Source of the DNA: Thainema sp.
GTDB lineage: Bacteria; Cyanobacteriota; Cyanobacteriia; Phormidesmidales; Phormidesmidaceae
NCBI GenBank assembly: GCA_052168235.1
Contig: JBQLZK010000005.1
Span: 1 to 64,000, forward strand
Direction: 5' to 3'
DNA length: 64,000 bases
Both the position numbers and the translations under genes were made by a program. Positions 1-8,941 of this stretch are shown here, one piece after another (positions within the stretch are counted from its first letter, which is position 1; each line of letters begins with the position of its first letter). The notes below the pieces were generated by a model, which searched no databases, was not told the DNA's origin, and saw only the letters and a list, made by a program, of their open reading frames with translations.

Positions 1-210
1 TTGAGAAAGCCTTCATGTATGGTTACTGTTCATGTCCTGTTTGAGTTTGCTGTAGATGGGACTAAATTAGGACGGAATAAGTAGGACTGCGATCGCAATT
101 CTGGTTATGCTAGTTACATCAGGGTGTTATGCCACTTCTACAGTTTTGGAAAACGATGTTACGCCAGTGGAGTTTAATAATGGCACTGATTATGCTCCTT
201 TCCGTAGTGT

Positions 211-822
211 ATGGATTCTAATTCTCATCAGCCTAAGTTCTCTCAGGAAATCAAAGCCTTACTTGAGCAACTAGCGCACCATCCGCTGACGCTATCTCAC
301 GTGCTGAAAACAACGTCAGAAAGAGGATTCAGCTTAGTCATTGGGCTGCTGGTTCTACCTTTTCTGTTTCCAATGCCGCCAGGATTGACGACGATTTTGG
401 GCTCAGCCTGCCTACTGTTATCGGTACAAATGACGCTGGGACGACGTTCTCCTTGGCTACCACGACGGGTAGCTCAATTTCAGTTTCCGTCACGGCTAGC
501 TCAGCAAATTTTGCATAATCTCAAGCGAGTGACACGGTTTACAGAACGATTTGTCCGACCCCGGTTAACTAAGCTGGCCGAAAGCACACACATTTGGCAA
601 ATCAATGGTGCTTGCATCACCTGGCTGACGCTACTGCTGATGACGCCGATTCCATTGACCAATCCAATTCCCACAATCGGTATTCTCATTTTTGTTGTGG
701 CCACCTTGGAAGCCGATGGACTGCTGATTTGCGTTGGCTATGTCTTAACAGGGTTAATTACGAGTATGTTTGCGCTTCTGAGCTATGGCCTGTGGCAAGC
801 GCCTGATTTGCTCCTGCGCTAG
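211..822 (+). CDS. exoD: Exopolysaccharide synthesis ExoD family membrane protein
   Basis: 203 aa hydrophobic; ERGFSLVIGLLVLPFLFPMPPG, GRRSPWLP and PIPLTNPIPT...LEADG motifs typical of ExoD. Confidence 0.85.
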   Translation: MDSNSHQPKFSQEIKALLEQLAHHPLTLSHVLKTTSERGFSLVIGLLVLPFLFPMPPGLTTILGSACLLLSVQMTLGRRSPWLPRRVAQFQFPSRLAQQILHNLKRVTRFTERFVRPRLTKLAESTHIWQINGACITWLTLLLMTPIPLTNPIPTIGILIFVVATLEADGLLICVGYVLTGLITSMFALLSYGLWQAPDLLLR

Positions 823-905
823 TTTCAGTGGGTGCAATCCTGGTAGCAAATTGATCGTGGCACTTTGGGTAAAATCTGGATTCTGTTTACGGAATCAGAC
901 GGTCA

Positions 906-1991
906 ATGAGCATTCAGCTTTTTCAACGGTTGCACCATCAGCTTCAGCAGGGAGATGTGGTGATGGCGACCGTCATCAGCGCCACAGGTTCGGTGCCGCG
1001 TGAGGTGGGAGCCAAAATGCTGATTTGGGCCAATGGTGAAACGGCTGGCACAATTGGCGGCGGTGCGGGTGAAGCTAAAGTGATTCAAGCTGCACGAGAA
1101 ACACTGCAGACGGGACACCCTCAGCGAGTCGAAATTGATTTATCCGGCGCAACTCATCGCCTTACTCAGGGAGTATGTGGTGGGTGCATGCAGGTTTGGC
1201 TTGGGCTGTGGTCTGGATCGATGGCCGTCAACCGCGTTCGCGAAATTATCACTGTTCTGTCTGACACCAGCCAATCGTTGCTCCCCTACCTGGTGACACC
1301 GCTCGTTGAGTGGGTTGGTGCCACTGCTCCATCGACTCACCCCAAGCAGGCGCTGCCGTATCTTGTTAATCACCAAGTACTGAGCCAGGTTTCAGATTTT
1401 GATGATCGTCAGCTAGCCAATCAACCCGCGATCGCAACTGTTCCCTTAACTATCCCCTCACCTATTTCCGACTCAACGCCAACCATATCAGCCTTCATTG
1501 AACCCTTGCGCCCCGATCCAATGCTGCTGATTGTAGGGGCGGGACATGTAGGAATTGCCCTCGCTCAAGCCGCTCACTTTGCAGGATTCCGTATCGCCAT
1601 TCAGGATGAACGCCCCGAATGGGCCACCCCAGATCGTTTGCCGCCGAATACGCAAATTTTGCCCGGTGCGATCGCACCTGCACTTGCTCATTTTTCGCTT
1701 TCCCCGAATAATTACGTGGCGTTGGTAACGCGGGGATATTCCTACGATGTCGCAGCGCTTACCAGTTTGCTGACGCATCATGCTCAGCTACCCGTCCGTT
1801 ATCTGGGCATGATTGGCAGCCGTAAGCGATCGCAGATGGTTTTACAATCGTTACGAGAAAAAGGAATTACCGAGTCAGTCATCAGAGCTATCCATGCACC
1901 AATCGGCCTAGATATCGGTGCGCTCACTCCAGAAGAAATCGCAATTAGCATCGTTGCAGAACTGATCCAAATACGCCGCCGCAGTGGATGA
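906..1991 (+). CDS. XdhC/CoxI family molybdoenzyme accessory protein
   Basis: GSVPREVGAKM, GTIGGG..E, VCGG, GAGHVG, YLGMIGSRKR, APIGLDIGALTPEEIAISIVAELI. Confidence 0.9.
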   Translation: MSIQLFQRLHHQLQQGDVVMATVISATGSVPREVGAKMLIWANGETAGTIGGGAGEAKVIQAARETLQTGHPQRVEIDLSGATHRLTQGVCGGCMQVWLGLWSGSMAVNRVREIITVLSDTSQSLLPYLVTPLVEWVGATAPSTHPKQALPYLVNHQVLSQVSDFDDRQLANQPAIATVPLTIPSPISDSTPTISAFIEPLRPDPMLLIVGAGHVGIALAQAAHFAGFRIAIQDERPEWATPDRLPPNTQILPGAIAPALAHFSLSPNNYVALVTRGYSYDVAALTSLLTHHAQLPVRYLGMIGSRKRSQMVLQSLREKGITESVIRAIHAPIGLDIGALTPEEIAISIVAELIQIRRRSG

Positions 1992-2014
1992 TACCAGCGA
2001 TTTATCAAGTTGCT

Positions 2015-2830
2015 TCATCGGGGAAACAATCGTTCCAGGCTATCTTGCAGTTGCCGATGAGGATAAATGTCGGGCTTTTTGCTCCAGGCATAGTCGAGCG
2101 CCTGCTGATAGCTCCAGTGGAGATTTTGTGAGAAACAGTAGGCCACACCAATTGAGCCACTGCGGCCAATTCCGGCTCGGCAGTGAATCAAAATTTTGCG
2201 CTTGCCTTGCTGCCGCTGTTCTTCAATCCATGCGATCGCACGTTGAATCAGTTCATCTGCGATTGGGTGCTGAGCGCCATCGCGCGTGCCTAGCTTGCAG
2301 TAAGCAATTCCGGCTTCTGGCGCAAAGGTTAGATTAAGTTCTTCCCCCATATTCAGAACGGCATCAATGCCTAGTGACTCAGCTTGGGAAGCAGCAATAA
2401 AGTTACCGACATAGACCGAAGGCAAAATTTCGGCATAGCTTGGCCCCTGTGTCCATTGGGCACCAGGTGCAGGTAAATGAATATGGAGCTGGCCATTTTG
2501 CTGGAATCCACCGCCCCACTGCCACTGATCCGGCTGAAACTTAGGCCGGACGCGGTAGGTATACTCAAACAGGCCGTCGCTAGTCGGTCGAAGATCGTTC
2601 TGAAAGTGATAGATTCCTGAGGCGTCTTGCCCGTGGTAGAGCAGATCGACGGCGTGCCATTCCCCTTCGCTATGGTGCTGCGTAATCACATTCGACCAAA
2701 GCTGCACCGTTAACTCCTCCGCCGGAACTGGGCTAGCAATTTTTGCGATCGCACTTAGGTTCTCCAACATATACAAATGCATTGAAGACTCTAATGATGG
2801 ATATAAGGTACAAAATGTAACGGTAGACAT
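2015..2830 (-). CDS. Dual-specificity phosphatase with N-terminal aromatic-rich domain
   Basis: Catalytic loop IHCRAGIGRS; EILPSVYVGN DSP start; ATG at 2830 follows a GAGGGG RBS (track ORF starts at 2956). Confidence 0.8.
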   Translation of the reverse strand: MSTVTFCTLYPSLESSMHLYMLENLSAIAKIASPVPAEELTVQLWSNVITQHHSEGEWHAVDLLYHGQDASGIYHFQNDLRPTSDGLFEYTYRVRPKFQPDQWQWGGGFQQNGQLHIHLPAPGAQWTQGPSYAEILPSVYVGNFIAASQAESLGIDAVLNMGEELNLTFAPEAGIAYCKLGTRDGAQHPIADELIQRAIAWIEEQRQQGKRKILIHCRAGIGRSGSIGVAYCFSQNLHWSYQQALDYAWSKKPDIYPHRQLQDSLERLFPR

Positions 2831-3090
2831 AATCCCCTCAGATGAATCAGAAATAATACGTAAATTCGGGTGTTTATTTAGTCTTTGAATTCCCAATAAT
2901 TTACGTGAATATGATTGTTGATACGATGATTTTTCCTTGAATTTAAAAGGCCACAAGTGATTACACGGAATTTAAATTTAAGGTGATATAGATCACTCAA
3001 AAAATGGGTATGGTCTCGCTAAACTGTTACTAAATTGGATGAGTATATCAGCTCAATTGTCATTAGGGTTTCGCTGGATTTCGGGGTTCC

Positions 3091-3318
3091 ATGTACGCGC
3101 AAGCTTATCAACAACAACAACAATCGTCTCAGCCGGCATCTACCGCTGTGTCTGCTGTCGTTGAGCAAATTTTCAATAACCGCAGAATTACGCGCAGTGA
3201 TCAGCAACGTTTAATGACGCTGTTGTTATCTAAAGATGCTTTGAGTCTTGAAGACCAAAATCAAATTAATCGAGTCTTCGATGCCCTGCGTCGCGGACTA
3301 TTGCGGGTGGTTGAATAA
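3091..3318 (+). CDS. Small cyanobacterial hypothetical protein
   Basis: 75 aa helical ORF ending RVFDALRRGLLRVVE; fills the intergenic space. Confidence 0.65.
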   Translation: MYAQAYQQQQQSSQPASTAVSAVVEQIFNNRRITRSDQQRLMTLLLSKDALSLEDQNQINRVFDALRRGLLRVVE

Positions 3319-3379
3319 CTGATAAAGCAGGCTATGCTAGCCTGGCAAAAGTAATCTAGGTTGCTGGAAAAAGCAGCGA

Positions 3380-4369
3380 CTAAAAAAGCTGCCATTCTGG
3401 AGCTTTAAGCCGCTTAAGCCGCTCAATTCGCAGGGAGAAATAGCTGTTATCCAAACGACTAAAGTTGTGCATTTTGGCGAAGTTGAGGCTGATTGACCAG
3501 ACCCAAAAATGAGCCACTTGAGTAAAGGATTGCAGCCTATTAATTTCAAATTCTATCAGCGGGTCAATATCTTGATAACCCTCAAAAAAAGCATCGCGAA
3601 TGCGACGGCTTGTACCTGTGCGGAGAGATATTTCTAAGAATTTGGCCATTTCAAAGGCACGCCAACCGTACCCACACTGGTCGAAATCAAATAGGGTAAT
3701 GCGGTTATCAGGGGTAAAATGCGCGTTGCCGCTGTGGGGATCGCCCCAGCACACCACCCAGTAGGGAGATTCTTTGGGAAAGCCCTCTAGCTCCTGCTTA
3801 AGCTGAGCAATCGTGTCTTCTAAAAACTCTACGTCATGCGGGCGCTGCTGCAAAAATGGCGCGATATTTTCCAGCGCGCCATCCAGCAAATAATCCAGCG
3901 TCAGTGGCTGCCGCTGGATACTGGTTTTAAACTGGCAGGATACCTGGTGCACTTTACCCAACGTTTCGCCAAGGGTATAAGCCTGAGCTGCATTGAGATC
4001 GCCAAAGGCCACCTCTCCAGGCGCATAGATAAACAGCGAAGCGTAGCGCTCACCTTCGGGAGCCGCGATCGCAACATGCAAGTCACCATTGACTGTGAGC
4101 AATGGGTATGCAATCGGTAAATGGTGCGATCGCAAAAAGTCTAGGTACTCTAGCTCAAACTCAATTTCGCTCCGAGAACGCCAGTGGTGATGGGACACCC
4201 GCAGAATATACTGTGTGGCTTCCGTTTCGACTAAGTAAACATCACTCAGCCCACGATGCCAAAAATGACAGCCTGTAATGGAGCTAACTTCGTACTGAGA
4301 CAGAACTTGCTGAATTAAGGCATCAGGCGCAAGTGTTGAATAGGCAACCGGAAAGAGATCTCTAACCAT
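3380..4369 (-). CDS. APH / homoserine kinase type II family phosphotransferase
   Basis: WGDPHSGNAHF and LFDFDQCGYG kinase motifs; ATG at 4369 preferred over 4402. Confidence 0.85.
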   Translation of the reverse strand: MVRDLFPVAYSTLAPDALIQQVLSQYEVSSITGCHFWHRGLSDVYLVETEATQYILRVSHHHWRSRSEIEFELEYLDFLRSHHLPIAYPLLTVNGDLHVAIAAPEGERYASLFIYAPGEVAFGDLNAAQAYTLGETLGKVHQVSCQFKTSIQRQPLTLDYLLDGALENIAPFLQQRPHDVEFLEDTIAQLKQELEGFPKESPYWVVCWGDPHSGNAHFTPDNRITLFDFDQCGYGWRAFEMAKFLEISLRTGTSRRIRDAFFEGYQDIDPLIEFEINRLQSFTQVAHFWVWSISLNFAKMHNFSRLDNSYFSLRIERLKRLKAPEWQLF

Positions 4370-4509
4370 GCACGGTTCCCCACAGCGTGGGGACGAACCC
4401 ATTGCCTATCAATCATACCTGGGAGATTTTGTTCACAGGTCAGGTTTTCCTAGCATTTGCCAATACCAATCTCTCTAATAGACTTCATTGGAAATAAATT
4501 TTGGGGGTT

Positions 4510-4556
4510 GGAAATTGTTTTGTAGCGCGGCTCCGCCGCGCTACAAAACAATTTCC
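4510..4556. repeat. Perfect palindrome, 22-bp arms, loop TCC
   Basis: GGAAATTGTTTTGTAGCGCGGC-tcc-GCCGCGCTACAAAACAATTTCC. Confidence 0.95.
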
Positions 4557-4640
4557 GATAAAGTCTAATAAATACGTACAGGCAAACATGCATCAATGGT
4601 AGTCCTCAAAATCATTACCTGAATACCACTACCGAATCAG

Positions 4641-5201
4641 TTACGGGTTGGTAGCAGATTGCCGTCGATAAAGCTGTCGCTGCCAGCTCAAGAAGTTGGG
4701 TTGGCTGATGCGCTGTTGGCTAGCTTGTTGGCTGAGATAATTGAGATAGCGAGTTCGAGCCGCTTCGACTTCATCAACAGAAACGGCAATTAAACGTGCG
4801 ATCTCATCCAGCGGCACGGTCTGCACAGATTCCAAACCAAACCGACGGCAGAGGAAACTATAGAGCTGATTGGCCCGCTTGACGGCAGACGATTCAGCTA
4901 CAATGCGTTCTAGAATTTGGATACTTTGAATTCGTTGCGTTTTGGCAAATTGCCAAGCCGCCATTGATGTTGTTCGGCTGTATTTGACCTGACCAATGAC
5001 ATAGATGGTTTGACAAGCAAATGAATCGGGTGTGGCTAAACTCGCACCTGGCCAAACTAAATCATTAAAAAATCGTCCAGAGAGAATCAGGCCACCTGTG
5101 CAGTGAGGAGACAGCGCTAATGATGGATTGGTATGTACAGCTAAAGGTGGTAGAGCTGCTGATCCGGAAGTAGATACAGTTGCAAAGTACGATGAAAGCA
5201 T
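4641..5201 (-). CDS. Hypothetical protein, possible Crp-like C-terminal HTH
   Basis: 186 aa; VPLDEIARLIAVSVDEV resembles an HTH preceded by an 'AVKRA..L' helix. Confidence 0.5.
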   Translation of the reverse strand: MLSSYFATVSTSGSAALPPLAVHTNPSLALSPHCTGGLILSGRFFNDLVWPGASLATPDSFACQTIYVIGQVKYSRTTSMAAWQFAKTQRIQSIQILERIVAESSAVKRANQLYSFLCRRFGLESVQTVPLDEIARLIAVSVDEVEAARTRYLNYLSQQASQQRISQPNFLSWQRQLYRRQSATNP

Positions 5202-5321
5202 GTGGAGATTTCGGTCTGGGGTTCTTCACTCTACGTAGGAATCCAGACGGTTCTGGAGCATCCAAATGAACTCTCCGTGAACTCAGGTAATGAAATCGTG
5301 AAGGATTGCCTTCTTATACGC

Positions 5322-5354
5322 TTTAGCGGTGTTGGCTTGGCCAACACCGCTAAA
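5322..5354. repeat. Perfect palindrome, 15-bp arms, loop TTG
   Basis: TTTAGCGGTGTTGGC-ttg-GCCAACACCGCTAAA. Confidence 0.95.
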
Positions 5355-5380
5355 ACTCGCACCAAAATATGCTGAAAAAA

Positions 5381-6115
5381 CTAGAGAGCGCCTAATTCAG
5401 TTGCTGCTGGAGCCGCGCAATCCGTTGCCTCTACAGGCTGAGTTGTTACCTGCACAGTCTCAAAGCCCGCTGTCATCAATAGCTGCGTGACGGCAAGTTC
5501 CGCTTTTTGATTGGCTTCCATCAAAATTTGCTGCTGACAGGCCGCATCGACCAGTTTTGCTAACGATTCCCGTTGAGCCAGAGACTGAAGTTCTGGGGCC
5601 GCATCGGGGCCGAGGCTAAACAATCCCCGGTCATAGTCGTAGACCTGAGAGCGGTTGACATCAATTTTGCTGTCGAGAACTTGGGCAGGTGGCAGTTGCA
5701 CTTGAACGCTATCGCCGCTGACCTGGATATCGGTCGCTGTAATCGCGCTCAAATCAACCCCAGCCCGCACCTCGCCATAGGCAATGTAGAGCAATGTGGT
5801 TTTGCCAATGGTGTATCCGGCAATGGTGCGATCGCGGTGGGCAGGCACAACGGATTCCATGCCAAATACCGCTGTCGTCAGCTCACTGGCTCCCCGAATT
5901 TGTTGCAGCACAACTGAGCGCACATCGGCTTTAGCCTCTGATGGTGCAGGCGACAGCATGACGCGCAACCCCTGCCAAAATCGGCCATCCCGCTGAGTAG
6001 CAACCAGCAACAGCAGCAGTAGGCAAACTGCGATCGCATTTGTACCCAATGACAAAAAGTGTTTGATAACGCGCATTGGCCCACTCAAAATACCAGGAGA
6101 ATAGTGCTGTTTCAT
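5381..6115 (-). CDS. DUF4230 domain protein
   Basis: N-terminal TM; SELTT, GEVRAGVDLS, VQLPPAQVL motifs. Confidence 0.8.
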   Translation of the reverse strand: MKQHYSPGILSGPMRVIKHFLSLGTNAIAVCLLLLLLVATQRDGRFWQGLRVMLSPAPSEAKADVRSVVLQQIRGASELTTAVFGMESVVPAHRDRTIAGYTIGKTTLLYIAYGEVRAGVDLSAITATDIQVSGDSVQVQLPPAQVLDSKIDVNRSQVYDYDRGLFSLGPDAAPELQSLAQRESLAKLVDAACQQQILMEANQKAELAVTQLLMTAGFETVQVTTQPVEATDCAAPAATELGAL

Positions 6116-6177
6116 GGCTGCCCCTAATCCTGTTCTGATTGTAGGTCAAAATTCTTTGGTACAAGCTAACTCATACA

Positions 6178-6214
6178 AATGCCAGCAACGCGGCGATGCC
6201 GCGTTGCTGGCATT
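6178..6214. repeat. Perfect palindrome, 17-bp arms, loop GAT, downstream of thyX
   Basis: AATGCCAGCAACGCGGC-gat-GCCGCGTTGCTGGCATT. Confidence 0.95.
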
Positions 6215-6226
6215 ACCGATTACTGA

Positions 6227-8308
6227 TTAAGGCGACAAGCGGGCTTTCTTGAGGCGATTGGTTTCGTACCAATCTGCGATCGCAGGTACCCAAGCTTGAA
6301 AATGCGGCCAGATAAACTCACAGAGCTTCTGCGCTTCCAGTTGAGCATCGGCTTTCCAGCGCAGGTCGAGCAGGTGCATTAGCGATCGCACATTGGCGGA
6401 TAACACCCAATGTTGCCGAACGTCAAACGGAATTAGTCCGCGAGCATGTTCTTCAGCAAAGCCTTGATCAATCCGAGTTTTATAGCGGCGGCAGGCTTCT
6501 AAACACCATTCCAGATCCTGCTGCCGTAGTTCTTCTGTGTAGTCGTAGTGCTTGCCCTGGCGATCGGTGTAGCTCCCAATGGGACGCAGGTAAAACACGT
6601 CTTCAATATCGCGTTTGCCGTTGACGACATCAACGATACGGCTTCCCGTGTACCGGAAGGAGTTGTGAACAACCAAGCCGTTCGCAACAAAGTTATGCCA
6701 AGGTTCCTCGACTTCGAGGTCATAGGTCATTTGGCAACCTAAATATTCAACCCGAATGACGCGCAGAACATGAGCTCTCAGCTTGCGTCCATTGGGTTTT
6801 GGTTTAGGACTCCATGCCTGTGGCTGTTTAATGGGCTGAAAGTCCGCTGCAAAATCAGCTTCCAAATGATTGTGATGAATATATTCGTGGCAGTTTTTAC
6901 AGAGGCTGACTAGATTCTCCAACTCATAAGCCAGTGATTCATCTGCATACACTGGGACAAGATGATGAGCGTGAAGCTGGCCACCTCGGATGCCACAGCG
7001 CTGGCAAATATAATCAAATTTTTCATGGATCTGCGACGCAACTTGGCGAGTCCACGCACCAATTAGCTCTCGCCCGTCGGATGTTCCACCTTTCCAAAAA
7101 TTCGATTCTGCCCCACGCTTGGTGTATTTCGCTGCGTTTTCCCGGCGTCGCTCAATACTATTTGCAGATAAATTCAACTGATATCCTGGCTTGCCTTTAT
7201 TCCAAGGTGTAAACCCTTTTTGGAAAGGCGTCGGTCGCTTATTCAGAGAGAAGCCATAGTGGTAAACCCATTTTTTGACTGCCTCAACTGAACAGCCAGC
7301 CAGCCGAGCAATTTGATCAACATGCAAACCTTGCTGCAACTGGTCTTCAAGCCACTGCGGATCGCGATAAAGCGCATTGGGATTGTAGTTCCAGGGCTTT
7401 TGTCCGGGCTGAAACTGGGTATTTTGCTGATTGAGCTTTAGCTCAAAGCGCTTTGCCCAATCTTTGACCGTAGTTTCAGAACATTCGGCCAAGTTGGCGA
7501 TTTCTTGGGTTGTCAATCCGCGCTCAATTTGTTGGCTCAGCCACGCTCGATCGCGATACAGTCCTGTACCAACTGCTGTAACACCGTTTGCCATCACGGC
7601 GCACTGGCGAGTCATCCCCACAACTTCGCCACTTGCCGTTGTTTCTAAACCGACGGCTTCGCCCATCGTTTGCCAACCCTGGGTTGTCAATAGGCGATGA
7701 TTGGTGGTGCAGTCCAGCGTTCTACCATCTTCCATCGTCAAGCGGTAAACAGGTTGTACCCCGCTGCACATCACATCGCGAATATGGCTTGTTTCAAAGT
7801 ATCCCGTTTCTTCATTCAGCACTCGCAGGTGCATCTTTTTGAGGCGAGTTTTGCAGTCGCGCCGATATTGACCGGGTGGTTCGCCGTTGCGTCCGCGAAT
7901 GTTGCGATCGCGGATTGCTTTTTCACCGTTTGCCCACAAATCGTAAAGCTCTGCGATTTTGTACTTTCTCAAACCGCCAGAGGCATGAACAAACGTGATT
8001 TCAGTATCACCCGCGAGGCACTGGACATCAAAGCTCACGCCGACCCGATGAGTCCGAATTTGCTGCATGGTGGAGTGAGGAAACCAGCCGCAGTTCAGCA
8101 CAATCTGGGGATGCTCTAGGGGGCCGTAGTGGCCGCGTCCGCCTTTGAGCAAATTGGTGATCACAATCTCGCCGCACTTTTCTTCGTTGGGCCAGCGATC
8201 GCGTTCATCCCAAACGAACGCTTCCGAATAGTCCTGGTGCATGGCAGCGTAAATTGTCTGCTGCGGATTGGGGGTTTGAGCGATAACCTCAACGGTAAAG
8301 CGATCCAT
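6227..8308 (-). CDS. thyX: FAD-dependent thymidylate synthase, intein-containing
   Basis: GHYGPLEH; ThyX motif RTHRVGVSFDVQ/SFRY split by the intein; C-terminal RSLMHLLDLR..DAQLE; start ATG at 8308 (MDRFTVEV). Confidence 0.93.
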   Translation of the reverse strand: MDRFTVEVIAQTPNPQQTIYAAMHQDYSEAFVWDERDRWPNEEKCGEIVITNLLKGGRGHYGPLEHPQIVLNCGWFPHSTMQQIRTHRVGVSFDVQCLAGDTEITFVHASGGLRKYKIAELYDLWANGEKAIRDRNIRGRNGEPPGQYRRDCKTRLKKMHLRVLNEETGYFETSHIRDVMCSGVQPVYRLTMEDGRTLDCTTNHRLLTTQGWQTMGEAVGLETTASGEVVGMTRQCAVMANGVTAVGTGLYRDRAWLSQQIERGLTTQEIANLAECSETTVKDWAKRFELKLNQQNTQFQPGQKPWNYNPNALYRDPQWLEDQLQQGLHVDQIARLAGCSVEAVKKWVYHYGFSLNKRPTPFQKGFTPWNKGKPGYQLNLSANSIERRRENAAKYTKRGAESNFWKGGTSDGRELIGAWTRQVASQIHEKFDYICQRCGIRGGQLHAHHLVPVYADESLAYELENLVSLCKNCHEYIHHNHLEADFAADFQPIKQPQAWSPKPKPNGRKLRAHVLRVIRVEYLGCQMTYDLEVEEPWHNFVANGLVVHNSFRYTGSRIVDVVNGKRDIEDVFYLRPIGSYTDRQGKHYDYTEELRQQDLEWCLEACRRYKTRIDQGFAEEHARGLIPFDVRQHWVLSANVRSLMHLLDLRWKADAQLEAQKLCEFIWPHFQAWVPAIADWYETNRLKKARLSP
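6662..8020 (-). mobile_element. Intein (453 aa) with HNH homing endonuclease
   Basis: Starts CLAGDTEI; block B CTTNHRLLT; ends TYDLEVEEPWHNFVANGLVVHN followed by Ser; internal CQRC..HAHH..NLVSLCKNCH HNH motif. Confidence 0.93.
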
Positions 8309-8432
8309 CACGGTGCGTCTAACTCGACAGGGTTTCTTAGCATACCTGCGATCGCAGTTCTGGAGTTGCGATCGCACACCAAATCTTAATAGACAACTTT
8401 TGGATGCTCATGATCAGAAGCCAAGCTCAGAG

Positions 8433-8768
8433 CTACTGATCTAAAAACTGGTTGAGATCTTCAATTACGCGAGTCAGTTCAGCTTCAGTGGTCAAGCGAA
8501 TCCGCTCATCGCGCACAGTGATCAGCACCTTGGCGGCAAAGGGACTGGGCCAAATATTGGGATTGCAAAACACTTCTAAGAAAACATCACCCGTATGCCG
8601 ATATTCCATTGGCTGCTGAGGTTCTGGCCGACTGCCGATGGAGGCGGCAGCCGCTTTCAGTTTGTTCATGAGAACAGCAATCTCCTGCTTTAGCTCCTCT
8701 GCGGCGGCTTGCGTAAAGCTAAAGCTGACGGAACCTTCGACTAAGTTGAGCTGGATGGTGGAGGACAT
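8433..8768 (-). CDS. Conserved cyanobacterial hypothetical protein
   Basis: 111 aa ORF with FLEVFCNPNIWPSPFAAKVL motif, upstream of thyX. Confidence 0.75.
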   Translation of the reverse strand: MSSTIQLNLVEGSVSFSFTQAAAEELKQEIAVLMNKLKAAAASIGSRPEPQQPMEYRHTGDVFLEVFCNPNIWPSPFAAKVLITVRDERIRLTTEAELTRVIEDLNQFLDQ

Positions 8769-8941
8769 GGGTACAACGAGTCTGATGTGTTACTGGTCGT
8801 CAACGGCGGATTAAATACTGTGAATTGAGCACGTAATCAATCCGCCTACCCATACTAAGGGAAAATTCCCTGCCTAAATCTGCCAAAACTCTAGAAAATC
8901 GTGTTTCAACAACCTATAGAATCTTTCGTCCAATTAGCCAT

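Noticed and set aside
62..73. CTAAATTAGGAC shared with the 54592 element end
   Set aside because: Only 12 nt and no convincing partner end
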